Shown here in pieces: positions 9,280 through 18,584 of a DNA stretch of 64,000 nucleotides. Within the stretch, counting starts at the first letter, position 1. Every line of letters starts with the position of its first letter. The stretch is from assembly GCA_900314465.1 (NCBI GenBank), contig OMVK01000006.1, forward strand, positions 87-64,086, in the 5' to 3' direction. Position numbers and translations under genes: made by a program. This DNA comes from an uncultured bacterium. GTDB lineage: Bacteria; Bacillota_I; Bacilli_A; RF39; UBA660. Below the pieces are notes generated by a model. It was not told the DNA's origin. It searched no databases and saw only the letters and a program-made list of their open reading frames with translations.

Positions 9280-10563
9280 TCAATTCTTATTTTTTAGCTG
9301 AGCATCACTATTACCAATAACAGTAACATAATCAGCAAAATCAGATATATTAATACTTTCAAGTTTAGTTAAATTATTATTATCTTGATATTCTGCATTA
9401 TCACATACATCATCAGCAACTTTTAATCCAGGATCTCTATTATAAGTATTATCTAAATCATTTATTTCAATATAGAATACCATATCATCATTAGCTTTTC
9501 TAATAGCAATTAACTTATTATAAATACTAGTAGTTATTTCTATTAATAAATAATTATTATCATATAAACTAACTTCAGATATATTATTAACTGTAATACC
9601 ATTACTAGTAAATGATTTAACTATAGATTCTCTAGCACTTGCTATTGAATCATAATCACCCTGTAGTGCTTTAATATATGCTTTAAATGAATCATTAGTA
9701 CCATATACAATAATACCATCATTATATTTATCAAAAGTATAAGTAGTTGGTACTTTAAATTTATAAACACCAGCAATTGTTTCATTGTTAGCACCATCTG
9801 TTACATGTACTATCTTAGCTGTAGTAGTTTTATTTATTTTTATACTGCTTGTCGTATTAGTTGATAATACCAAACGACCTAATAATATACCTAATACTAA
9901 TGATATGACTACTAAGATAATTACAACATTTCTTGGTATAACTTTACTCTTTAAAATATTTAATTTAGGATTATTTTTTACTTTACTTTCATCTTTAACT
10001 GTACCAACTGTTTCTTTTGGAGCATCTTTCATAACAGGAACACCATTATTATCATATACAGTATTATTATTTGTTACAGGACCCTTTGATTCAGGTATTG
10101 CTATTTCAACTTTATCTTTTTCTCGCTCTTTTATTTCTGCTTGTTCAGTTTCTTCTTTTTTTAATTCTTCAGGACTATAAATAGAAGCATTATTAGAAGC
10201 AGCAGATATATCTTGAGAAACACTATTGCTTATTTCATCACTAGTATTATTATCAACTTTTAAAGTTGGTATACTCATGTTAGCAGATGCATTAACTACC
10301 TCAGCTGGTCCATCATCGATATCTTCCATTATACCTTCTGTATCACTATAAGAAGAATTATCTTTCATACTAGGTAGGTCTACTACATCATTATTAGGAA
10401 TATTATTATTTTGTTCAGGTAAATCCATTATTTCAATATTCTGATTATTACTAGTAATATTATTTGTATTACTATTGGCTCCAAAAGGAATATTTAAAGA
10501 TCCACATTTTGGGCATATATTATTACCAGGAATTAAATCAGCACCACATTTAGCACACTTCAT
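9280..10563 (-). CDS. zinc-ribbon (CxxC-x9-CxxC) membrane protein with disordered linker and extracytoplasmic domain
   Basis: MKCAKCGADLIPGNNICPKCG N-terminus. Central TM VVIILVVISLVLGILLGRLVL. Function unknown. Confidence 0.5.
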   Translation of the reverse strand: MKCAKCGADLIPGNNICPKCGSLNIPFGANSNTNNITSNNQNIEIMDLPEQNNNIPNNDVVDLPSMKDNSSYSDTEGIMEDIDDGPAEVVNASANMSIPTLKVDNNTSDEISNSVSQDISAASNNASIYSPEELKKEETEQAEIKEREKDKVEIAIPESKGPVTNNNTVYDNNGVPVMKDAPKETVGTVKDESKVKNNPKLNILKSKVIPRNVVIILVVISLVLGILLGRLVLSTNTTSSIKINKTTTAKIVHVTDGANNETIAGVYKFKVPTTYTFDKYNDGIIVYGTNDSFKAYIKALQGDYDSIASARESIVKSFTSNGITVNNISEVSLYDNNYLLIEITTSIYNKLIAIRKANDDMVFYIEINDLDNTYNRDPGLKVADDVCDNAEYQDNNNLTKLESINISDFADYVTVIGNSDAQLKNKN

Positions 10564-10630
10564 ATAGCCCTACCTTTCTTTATCTTATACTATAAATAAT
10601 TATACTTTAATAATAATTATTATTCAATAA

Positions 10631-10658
10631 GATAAAAAGAAAAAGCACATTGTGCTTT
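10631..10658 (-). terminator. rho-independent terminator after ytxH-like gene
   Basis: aaagcaca-t-tgtgcttt hairpin plus TTCTTTTTATC on the minus strand. Confidence 0.5.
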
Positions 10659-10659
10659 T

Positions 10660-11055
10660 CTATTCGCTTATTTTATCAGCAAGTTCATTTAATAACTTAG
10701 AAATACCTTTTTTAATTTTTATTGTTTCCTCTGCAATAACTGGTTCAGATTTAATTCTAGCTTTTTCAATTAAATCATCTGCTCTTTTACTTAATTCATT
10801 TAATTTCTTTCTAGTAATCTTACCAAATTTTTCATAATCCATATCTTTAAATTCATCTTTGATATGATTATATTCATCATAAATATTATTTTTTACTTCT
10901 TCTAAATCAATATCTTTTAGTGAATCTACTGCTGAATTACAAGCATCTTTTAAATTCTTCCTATTTTCTTCACCAGATTTAGGTGCAAATAGAACACCAA
11001 GACCAAGTCCTAAACCTAAACCTAACATAAATTTTCCAAATCCATTCTTTGCCAT
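10660..11055 (-). CDS. YtxH-domain protein
   Basis: N-terminal GFGKFMLGLGLGLGLGVLFAPKSGEENRK matches the YtxH glycine-zipper/LFAPKSG motif. Coiled-coil remainder. Confidence 0.7.
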   Translation of the reverse strand: MAKNGFGKFMLGLGLGLGLGVLFAPKSGEENRKNLKDACNSAVDSLKDIDLEEVKNNIYDEYNHIKDEFKDMDYEKFGKITRKKLNELSKRADDLIEKARIKSEPVIAEETIKIKKGISKLLNELADKISE

Positions 11056-11066
11056 ATTACTTCTCC

Positions 11067-11348
11067 TTATTCTTTATCATCATCTATTTTGTTTTTAATA
11101 AATTTTTTAATTAATTTTTCAATAGTTGAAAATATTAATACTGTAGTTGAATCAATTTTATTTGATACATTATCTATTGCATTAAATACTCCATTTAAAC
11201 TATTAACTTTCTTATCTACATTATCAACAATAGAATTAGCTTTATTAACAATAATTATACATTTAACAATAAGTATTATAAGTACAATTAATAAAACTAT
11301 TATAAGTAAGTTAATAATTACAGGTAAAGCACCAGCAAATCCTCCCAT
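11067..11348 (-). CDS. DUF948-like membrane-anchored protein (YtxG-like)
   Basis: Single N-terminal TM followed by a coiled-coil. Genomic pairing with a YtxH-like gene as in Bacillus ytxGHJ. Confidence 0.5.
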   Translation of the reverse strand: MGGFAGALPVIINLLIIVLLIVLIILIVKCIIIVNKANSIVDNVDKKVNSLNGVFNAIDNVSNKIDSTTVLIFSTIEKLIKKFIKNKIDDDKE

Positions 11349-11362
11349 ATATAAACTCCTTT

Positions 11363-12550
11363 CTATTTATCATCATCTTTATACATTGAATCAATTAAAT
11401 TAAATAAATCAGTTTCAATAGTATCATCAAGATCTTCATTTTCTTTAGTATCTTTAGGTGGTTCTGGAGTCATATCAACTGAATCACTATCATCACTACC
11501 ATTAATTAAATCATCAATAGATACACTAGGCTTCATATCTTCAATCTTTTTATCTTCATCTTTATCCACGTAAGTAGTTGTCTTATAATCATCTTGATTA
11601 TCATCAAAATTATTTTTACTTAAATGTCTTTCAATATCATTATAATTATCTTTTTTAGTATTATCTTCTTTAATATTATTTTTTGTATTATATATTTCTG
11701 TAATCTTAGTAGTATTTTCTATTTCTCTTTTAACTACCTTTTTTTCGTTATTATCATCTTTTAATACATCCATAAGTGTTTCTTTATTATCTATCTTTTT
11801 AAAATAATTAGTAGATGGTAATGGTTGATCATTATAAGATACTGGACCATATTGTCTTTCAGATGCACTAGTATTATTAGAATTAGAATATATTATTTGT
11901 TTTCTTGTTTCTTCAAGTTCCTTAGGGTCATAGTTTTTATCTAGTATTCCAAATACTGGACTTATAACTGGAGGAACTTTATATTTTTTTCTAGAATCAC
12001 TAGTAGGATTAGTATTTATTTTTAATCTTGATGATTCTTTTTCTTTTAATCTTTCGTCATGAGCTTGATAAACAGAATTATTCTTTCTACTATTATATTG
12101 ATTTTGTAAATCTTCTTTAGCCTTTCTTAATGCTTCTTCTTGAGCTTTTAATCTTGCTGCTCTTAGTTCTAATTCTTTTCTTTCAGCATCGACACTAGAT
12201 TTACTATTATCTACATCATCACTTATCGTATCAGACTTAACTGGTGTATTAATTTTAACTGTTTCTTTATTTTCAACTTTTTTATTTTCGTATTTAGAAG
12301 ATCTTGATGGAATATCACTTTCCATATCAACTGGAAATTTTAAAGTAGAAACCGTTTCATATTTATCTTCTTTTGGTACTTCTACCTTTTGTATTGTATC
12401 ATCACTAGACTCATTATAATCAATAATACCACCTTGATTATTTTTAAAAACTTTTTTTGGTTTTCTCTCGGGTAACTCTTCTTGTGGTTCATCAGTTTTA
12501 ACCACTTCTTCATCAAATAAAATTTCTTTTATTTTATCAAATACTCCCAT
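11363..12550 (-). CDS. hypothetical Lys/Glu/Asp-rich intrinsically disordered protein
   Basis: 395-aa ORF with coiled-coil segment (ELELRAARLKAQEEALRKAKEDLQ) and no recognisable catalytic motif. Confidence 0.4.
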   Translation of the reverse strand: MGVFDKIKEILFDEEVVKTDEPQEELPERKPKKVFKNNQGGIIDYNESSDDTIQKVEVPKEDKYETVSTLKFPVDMESDIPSRSSKYENKKVENKETVKINTPVKSDTISDDVDNSKSSVDAERKELELRAARLKAQEEALRKAKEDLQNQYNSRKNNSVYQAHDERLKEKESSRLKINTNPTSDSRKKYKVPPVISPVFGILDKNYDPKELEETRKQIIYSNSNNTSASERQYGPVSYNDQPLPSTNYFKKIDNKETLMDVLKDDNNEKKVVKREIENTTKITEIYNTKNNIKEDNTKKDNYNDIERHLSKNNFDDNQDDYKTTTYVDKDEDKKIEDMKPSVSIDDLINGSDDSDSVDMTPEPPKDTKENEDLDDTIETDLFNLIDSMYKDDDK

Positions 12551-12564
12551 ATTCTAGCTTCCTC

Positions 12565-13221
12565 CTATTTATTTATAACATCTGGGTCATACTCAGCTTC
12601 TGAATCTTCACCAGTATATGTATCATCAACCTCTAGATAATCACTATTACTATCATTAATATTAAATACTTGAACTTCTTCTTCACTACCACTTATCTGA
12701 TTATCTTCAACTAGTTTACTTATTACATCTCTATTATACTGGATAGATGATAAGATAACTAGACTATTACTAATTGCTTCATTAATATCTTCATATTTTA
12801 CTTTAACTTCAATCTTAGAATAATTATAAACAACTTGTAATACATAATCACCATTAGCCATCTTCGATACATTAAGTATACCTTTATCATTAAGTAATTT
12901 ACTTATATATATAGAATTATCTACCTGGTAATTTTCTTCGATATTATTATAATAACTAACTAAATCTACATATAAATAATAATCATAATATTTACTTTTA
13001 ATAATTTCATTACAATCATCTTTAATACTAGATTCCATTTCCCTAGGTAAATAATACTTATAACCACGATTAACTTGATTAAATAATTTATATTTACTAT
13101 TTAATGTAACATTAATAATTTCATCAACAGATGAATTATTAACATTAACACAACCAGTTACTAATAATAAAAGCACAAGTACAACTATTATTTTTTTAAA
13201 CCTATTATGCACAATAAACAC
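12565..13221 (-). CDS. putative lipoprotein
   Basis: Signal peptide ending in lipobox LLVTGC. Acidic C-terminus. Confidence 0.5.
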   Translation of the reverse strand: MFIVHNRFKKIIVVLVLLLLVTGCVNVNNSSVDEIINVTLNSKYKLFNQVNRGYKYYLPREMESSIKDDCNEIIKSKYYDYYLYVDLVSYYNNIEENYQVDNSIYISKLLNDKGILNVSKMANGDYVLQVVYNYSKIEVKVKYEDINEAISNSLVILSSIQYNRDVISKLVEDNQISGSEEEVQVFNINDSNSDYLEVDDTYTGEDSEAEYDPDVINK

Positions 13222-13295
13222 CTACTTAATCAAAAATAATTATATCAAAATAAGTAAGTATTTAAAATATCAAACTCATACTCCCCGTATTTTTA

Positions 13296-13339
13296 TTATA
13301 TCATATAAAAAAAGAATTAATTACTAATAATTAACTCTT
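13296..13339 (-). terminator. terminator after trmB
   Basis: Imperfect hairpin agagttaatta-ttagt-aattaattct on the minus strand, followed by TTTTTTTATAT. Confidence 0.4.
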
Positions 13340-13972
13340 TTATATATTTTTATGAGCATTTAGATAATTAATTTTAATACCATTACTACTAAACTTATGT
13401 TCATATTCTGTTTCAATATTATCTATATCTTCCAAATGTAAGTCTAAAGATACTCTATCTAAGATATAACCATCTTTAGATAAAGAACTAAGAGAATAAG
13501 CAAATAAGTTAATATTATCTGTTTTCATAATAATATGTGGATTACTTTTAAATATTAAATCATATTTATCTAAAAATAATTTACTAGTTAATCTTCTTTT
13601 CTCATGTCTCTTTTTAGGCCATGGATCAGAAAAATTCAAATAAATAGTATCTATTTCATGATCAAAAATATTATCTATATTATTAGCATCATATAAAATT
13701 AATTTAAGATTAGGTATATTAGTGTTTTCTAGTTTTTCAACTGCTCTTAACATAACAGAATCATATTTCTCTAAACCAATAAAATTAATATCAGGATATT
13801 TTAAAGCCATATTAATAATAAAATCTCCCTTACCCATACCTATTTCTAAATTAATCTTATTGCTATTATTAAATAACTCATTATATTTGCCCTTATAATC
13901 TTCAGGATTACTTATAAAATACTTAGATTTACATACTTTACTATAAGCATCTTTTATCTTTCTTAAACGCAT
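13340..13972 (-). CDS. trmB: tRNA (guanine46-N7)-methyltransferase
   Basis: EIGMGKGDF (SAM-binding), NFSDPWPKKRHEKRRL TrmB signature. GGGGGA RBS 4 nt before ATG at 13972. The track start at 13990 is an upstream alternative start. Confidence 0.9.
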   Translation of the reverse strand: MRLRKIKDAYSKVCKSKYFISNPEDYKGKYNELFNNSNKINLEIGMGKGDFIINMALKYPDINFIGLEKYDSVMLRAVEKLENTNIPNLKLILYDANNIDNIFDHEIDTIYLNFSDPWPKKRHEKRRLTSKLFLDKYDLIFKSNPHIIMKTDNINLFAYSLSSLSKDGYILDRVSLDLHLEDIDNIETEYEHKFSSNGIKINYLNAHKNI

Positions 13973-13973
13973 A

Positions 13974-15620
13974 TTATCCCCCAATATCAACTTTATTAAA
14001 AGTTACTTTCTTAATTATTTTACGCATATAAGCTCTACCAAATAATTCATTAAATAAATTTAACTTATATGAAATATATAAATATATAGGTGCTCCTACT
14101 AATACATTTAATATAATAGTTATAATAGCACCACTATAAGTATATAAATTAAAATTAATAAAATGATTAAAAATAAATAATACTATAGCCATACTAATCC
14201 CAGCTACTAAAGATTTTAAGAACCATGACTTAGCTTTATTATACTTAATATTATATGATTTATATAAGCCATATAAACCTAAAGCAATACTTAAAGTATA
14301 ACCTATTAATGAACTTATAATACTACCCATAAAACCTTCATAGCCAAGATTATGAACTAAATACATTAATGGTACATCAAGTAATGCATTAGTAACAAAA
14401 CCTATTATTGATACTGAATATACATATTTATAACTATTTAAACTTTGTAATATAATAGATATAACCATATATATATTACTAAATAAAGCACTAAATACCG
14501 ACAATTTAAGTATCATACTTCCATATGAATTGGTATTATAAAATATAGTCCATACACTAGTAGATAAAATACTTATGCCTATAGCTAATGGTAAACTAAT
14601 AAAAAATACAATAGACATAGACCTATTAATTTTATCAGATACATCATTCATATTCTTAGCGGTATAAGAAGATACTATTGTTGGTATTAAACCCACTATC
14701 ATACCCATAGAAATTGAATTAATAACCATATTAATCTTAGGTGCCCAAGTAGATATAGCAGATGCAATAAATTCAACATCTTCCGTTGAATAACCCAACT
14801 TTTGAATAGTCCTTAATACTAATATTTGGTCAGTAAAAGTATAAATATCAGCACATATAGATATAATAATAAAAGGTATCGCATAACCAATTATCTTTTT
14901 AATAATATCTTTATTAGATATTAATTTTTCTTCTTCTTTTTCTTTAGGAAAATTATCTAAATGATTCTTAGTATATATATGTCTAAGATATAAATAAGCA
15001 AACAAAGCACCAAAGAATGCACCAGAAACCGCAATACCTACAGCATATGAAAGTTTACCATGCATAACATCTAATACAACATAAGAACCTACTAAAATAA
15101 CAGCTATTCTAACAATTTGTTCAAGTAATTGAGATATACTAGCAGGTTTAATATATTTAAGTCCCTGTAAATAACCTTTAGTAACAGATAAAAAAGGAAC
15201 AACTAAAATAGCAGGAGCAACACATCTAATAACCAAGGCCACATCTTCATAAGTATTACCACCAGTTAAATCACCAATAATAAATCTACCTATTTCATCA
15301 GCAAATATAAATAGAATTAAAAATATTATTATTGCTAAAAAGAATAATATTTTCTCAGTTAATTTAAAAGCTCTACCCTTAGTATTATCATAACCTAAAG
15401 TATCATATTCACTTATTATTTTACTCATAGCATTAGGTAAACCGGCACTACTCATCTCTAAAAATAATAAATATATATTATAAGCATAACTATATAAAGC
15501 TCCACCAGTAGAACCAACTATATTATAAAAAGGTATAACATATAGCATACCCAATAATTTAACAATAATAATTGATAAAGTAGCAATAAAAGTTCCTTCG
15601 ACAAAACTGTTTTTCTTCAT
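13974..15620 (-). CDS. MOP-superfamily oligosaccharide flippase (polysaccharide biosynthesis protein, YtgP/SpoVB-like)
   Basis: About 14 TM helices. Wzx/MurJ-like size and hydropathy. Adjacent to trmB as ytgP is in Bacilli. Start assumed at MKKNSF. Confidence 0.65.
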   Translation of the reverse strand: MKKNSFVEGTFIATLSIIIVKLLGMLYVIPFYNIVGSTGGALYSYAYNIYLLFLEMSSAGLPNAMSKIISEYDTLGYDNTKGRAFKLTEKILFFLAIIIFLILFIFADEIGRFIIGDLTGGNTYEDVALVIRCVAPAILVVPFLSVTKGYLQGLKYIKPASISQLLEQIVRIAVILVGSYVVLDVMHGKLSYAVGIAVSGAFFGALFAYLYLRHIYTKNHLDNFPKEKEEEKLISNKDIIKKIIGYAIPFIIISICADIYTFTDQILVLRTIQKLGYSTEDVEFIASAISTWAPKINMVINSISMGMIVGLIPTIVSSYTAKNMNDVSDKINRSMSIVFFISLPLAIGISILSTSVWTIFYNTNSYGSMILKLSVFSALFSNIYMVISIILQSLNSYKYVYSVSIIGFVTNALLDVPLMYLVHNLGYEGFMGSIISSLIGYTLSIALGLYGLYKSYNIKYNKAKSWFLKSLVAGISMAIVLFIFNHFINFNLYTYSGAIITIILNVLVGAPIYLYISYKLNLFNELFGRAYMRKIIKKVTFNKVDIGG

Positions 15621-15681
15621 TAAATCACATCCAAATATTATTATAAACAAAAACTAGTCTTTCGACTAGTATATATAAAGA

Positions 15682-16023
15682 CTACTTACAATTCCATGGC
15701 GTCAAGATACAATTTTGACACGTTGTAAAATCAGAATTTTGATCTGCATCATTATAAGAATTTACCAAACTAAATATCCATAAAATTATACTTGGTAAGA
15801 AGAATATAACTAAACCAGCAACAATTCTTATTCCAAGTTGTTTAGCAGATTTTCCAATAGCTTTTTCATCATTAGCTACAATAGCCTTACCCATATCAAA
15901 TACACCAAAAATAATAATTAATATAGGCATAAATATTTTAACAATGGTAATTATCCAACCAGCAAATTGTAAAATACTTTTAAATTCATTGCAAAATCCA
16001 GAAACAGTAAAACTAACATCCAT
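15682..16023 (-). CDS. small two-helix membrane protein with Cys-rich C-terminal tail (VirB2/TrbC-like topology)
   Basis: 113 aa. Two hydrophobic helices separated by a charged loop (ANDEKAIGKSAKQLG). C-terminal TTCQNCILTPWNCK. Confidence 0.35.
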   Translation of the reverse strand: MDVSFTVSGFCNEFKSILQFAGWIITIVKIFMPILIIIFGVFDMGKAIVANDEKAIGKSAKQLGIRIVAGLVIFFLPSIILWIFSLVNSYNDADQNSDFTTCQNCILTPWNCK

Positions 16024-16091
16024 AAAACTTTTCTCCTTAACTAATTAAAATTATATGTTTTTTTCTTATTATTGTCAACTATTTTAAGTTG

Positions 16092-17069
16092 TCATTGTTT
16101 ATTGAAACCAAATTTAGCTAAAAAAGCATCAATTTCTGGTATATCAGTATTTCTATCGTTTACTGGTGGAATATTTGAAAATATTTTAGCTTTTGTTTCA
16201 TATTCAAAATCAGGTACTTCTTGTTCATTAACAAGGCTCTTATTCAAAACAACAATATCATTTTTATGATCTAAGAAGGCATTTTTATTTCTTCTTAATA
16301 ACTTAGTTAACATTAAATAAGATGGTTCAACCAAATAAACAATATAATCACAATATTTATCAGCATCACCAAATTCATTTAAATCAATAACTATACAATT
16401 AGCCTTATCATATACTCTTAACTTATTTTGAAGTTCTGTTGTACTCATGATAGAAAAATAATGTTCATCATCATGAAAGAATATTAAATCTTGTTTAAAC
16501 ATCTCAAATCCAACGGCAAAATAACCATTATTATTAAGTTGTCTTACCATCATATTAGTTAAACTTGTAGCACCAGCATGATTAGTCAAATTAGAAAGAC
16601 CGATAATAACTCTTCCACCAACTCTTGGTGTAGCAGTTTGTTCTACTTTCTTTTCTTCAAGAATAGCTTCTTCTTTTTTTTCTTCTTCATCACTCAACAA
16701 TAAGTATTTTACATCATCATATGTATTTGGATGATTAACTAAATAAACAAGTCCTTCATAAGTATTAGTAAAATTATAAAGTCCAAGTTTTACAAGTTGT
16801 GACCTATATAATTTACTATTAACAGTAGGATTATCATTTAGTAATAATATTATTCTACTTGGTTCAATAGCTTTTGTTAAATTACTAATTGTTTCAATAT
16901 TTTCATAATCTTTAATAGATGTAATATCAATAATAATATTTTTAAAATATAAATTAACAAACTTACTTAAAAGTTCTTTTAAATCATATTCACCATCTAC
17001 TCTCTTAATTATATCTATTTGAAGTCTATCAATAATACTTTTATTTTGATTAGCAGTAACAATATTCAT
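16092..17069 (-). CDS. degenerate ParA/MinD-fold protein with N-terminal extra domain (TadZ/CpaE-like candidate)
   Basis: RVIIGLSNLTNHAGATSLTNMMVRQL occupies the deviant Walker A position (KGGVGKT replaced by NHAGATS). Followed by CIVIDLNEFG and DYIVYLVEPS blocks typical of ParA-fold proteins. Confidence 0.4.
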   Translation of the reverse strand: MNIVTANQNKSIIDRLQIDIIKRVDGEYDLKELLSKFVNLYFKNIIIDITSIKDYENIETISNLTKAIEPSRIILLLNDNPTVNSKLYRSQLVKLGLYNFTNTYEGLVYLVNHPNTYDDVKYLLLSDEEEKKEEAILEEKKVEQTATPRVGGRVIIGLSNLTNHAGATSLTNMMVRQLNNNGYFAVGFEMFKQDLIFFHDDEHYFSIMSTTELQNKLRVYDKANCIVIDLNEFGDADKYCDYIVYLVEPSYLMLTKLLRRNKNAFLDHKNDIVVLNKSLVNEQEVPDFEYETKAKIFSNIPPVNDRNTDIPEIDAFLAKFGFNKQ

Positions 17070-17085
17070 AACTTATTCACCCCGA

Positions 17086-17610
17086 TTAAAAATAACTATC
17101 GCTTGGATAATACATTGTAATTGTCTCGCCAGTTACATTAAAATTAGATGTAAGTCCAAGATTTATATTACCTATTTGTAAAGAAAAAAATACAACAACT
17201 TTATAATATGCAGATGACATTGAATTACTTTGTGATGAAAAGTAAGCAGTTACCTTTTGTACACAATAATTATATTTATCATGTTCATTAGGGCTAACCT
17301 TTACATTAGTGCCACTAACTCCAGCATATGGTACTTGTACATTTCCAGAATTACTAACACCTTCAATATTTTTACCAACAAATAAACTACAATTACCCTT
17401 AGAATTATAATTTATTTCACCCATATATGAATTGATGTCATCAACAGCACTATCATTAAAGCCGTTATATTTTTCTATACGTTCAACGATTCCATCTTTT
17501 ATTCTAAACGCTTTAGAATAATTAATAGAAAAAGCTAGGAAACCAGAGAATAATACAATAAAAGTCATAACAATAATTGTAAGCCATGCAGCTCCTATCG
17601 ATTCTCTCAT
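17086..17610 (-). CDS. pilin/pseudopilin-like protein (TadE-like candidate), paralog A
   Basis: N-terminal MRESIGAAWLTIIVMTFIVLFSGFLAFSINYSKAF hydrophobic helix. Shares the R-x-x-I-x-G-x-W...SINY motif with ORF 18007..18501. Confidence 0.35.
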   Translation of the reverse strand: MRESIGAAWLTIIVMTFIVLFSGFLAFSINYSKAFRIKDGIVERIEKYNGFNDSAVDDINSYMGEINYNSKGNCSLFVGKNIEGVSNSGNVQVPYAGVSGTNVKVSPNEHDKYNYCVQKVTAYFSSQSNSMSSAYYKVVVFFSLQIGNINLGLTSNFNVTGETITMYYPSDSYF

Positions 17611-17641
17611 AGTATTATCTCCACTATTATATTATTATATA

Positions 17642-17929
17642 TTAACTACCCTGTTGATTTTGATTGCATTGAATTGGTGATGGGGTTGAGCATTCTGAAC
17701 CAACATCTGATTCTGATCCAGTATTTTTTTGGCTTGGACAATAATAACAAGTAACCATACCATTTTGATTAGTACTAGGGTCACAACCAAAAGCTTGTGA
17801 GCAATAAGTTGATCTCATAATAGTAGCACGAATATTAGGCCAAATTAATGTACTAAATACTACACTAATAGCAGCAATTGCAACAACGGCAACTGCAGTC
17901 ATACTTAATTCACCTGTTGCGTCTTTCAT
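17642..17929 (-). CDS. small pilin-like protein (Flp-like candidate) with Cys-rich C-terminus
   Basis: MKDATGELSMTAVAVVAIAAISVVFSTLIW. The G-E...hydrophobic stretch resembles an Flp/class III signal region. 8 Cys in the 50-aa C-terminal tail. Confidence 0.35.
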   Translation of the reverse strand: MKDATGELSMTAVAVVAIAAISVVFSTLIWPNIRATIMRSTYCSQAFGCDPSTNQNGMVTCYYCPSQKNTGSESDVGSECSTPSPIQCNQNQQGS

Positions 17930-18006
17930 AAATAATCATCTCTCCTTTATCTTATAAAACAATTATATAACTTATAATAACAAATAATCAATATTTTTTT
18001 AAAATA

Positions 18007-18501
18007 TTAGTGTAATGTTACAAAAAAATCATTAGTAACCGGATATAATATTGGATTTGTTTCATCAGATACTCTAAATGTAAATATTTCTCCAAATACA
18101 GGTATAGTAAAGCCAAAGAAATTAGTTATCTTATAATAATAAACAGTATTACCACCTTTAGTAGCATCAGTTCTTACTATGCAATACTTATATCTACCAG
18201 CACCATTTTTTATATCAGGAGTATCTCTATCTTTACTACCAATATAATCGTATGTATGACCATTTATAGTTTCATTACTACAAGTACCTGTAGATTGATA
18301 ACTATAAGAATCAAATATATCATATATTTTTTCTTTTGTATCTTGATTATACCCACTACTAGTTTCAACAGTAGTAGTTATTTTTTGGTTTATTTGATAA
18401 GCATGAGCATAATTAATTGATACAGCTACATAACCAACTAATATAACCGTAAAAATTAAGACCATAGTGTAAACCCAACTACCAGCAATTGCATTTCTCA
18501 T
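18007..18501 (-). CDS. pilin/pseudopilin-like protein (TadE/TadF-like candidate), paralog B
   Basis: MRNAIAGSWVYTMVLIFTVILVGYVAVSINYAHAY N-terminus paralogous to 17086..17610. Confidence 0.35.
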   Translation of the reverse strand: MRNAIAGSWVYTMVLIFTVILVGYVAVSINYAHAYQINQKITTTVETSSGYNQDTKEKIYDIFDSYSYQSTGTCSNETINGHTYDYIGSKDRDTPDIKNGAGRYKYCIVRTDATKGGNTVYYYKITNFFGFTIPVFGEIFTFRVSDETNPILYPVTNDFFVTLH

Positions 18502-18584
18502 ATAATCACCCTACTTTATTACTAATTATACTATTAGAATTAATCTTAAACAATAAAATAAAAGAGTATTTACATACTCCATTA

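Noticed and set aside
9785-10180. Plus-strand 131-aa ORF inside the zinc-ribbon protein gene
   Set aside because: Entirely overlapped by a longer, motif-supported minus-strand gene. Composition typical of antisense shadow ORFs in AT-rich DNA (Leu/Phe/Ile-rich).
10652-11403. Plus-strand ORFs 10652..10837 and 11089..11403
   Set aside because: Antisense to the YtxH-like and DUF948 genes. No RBS. Hydrophobic low-complexity translations.
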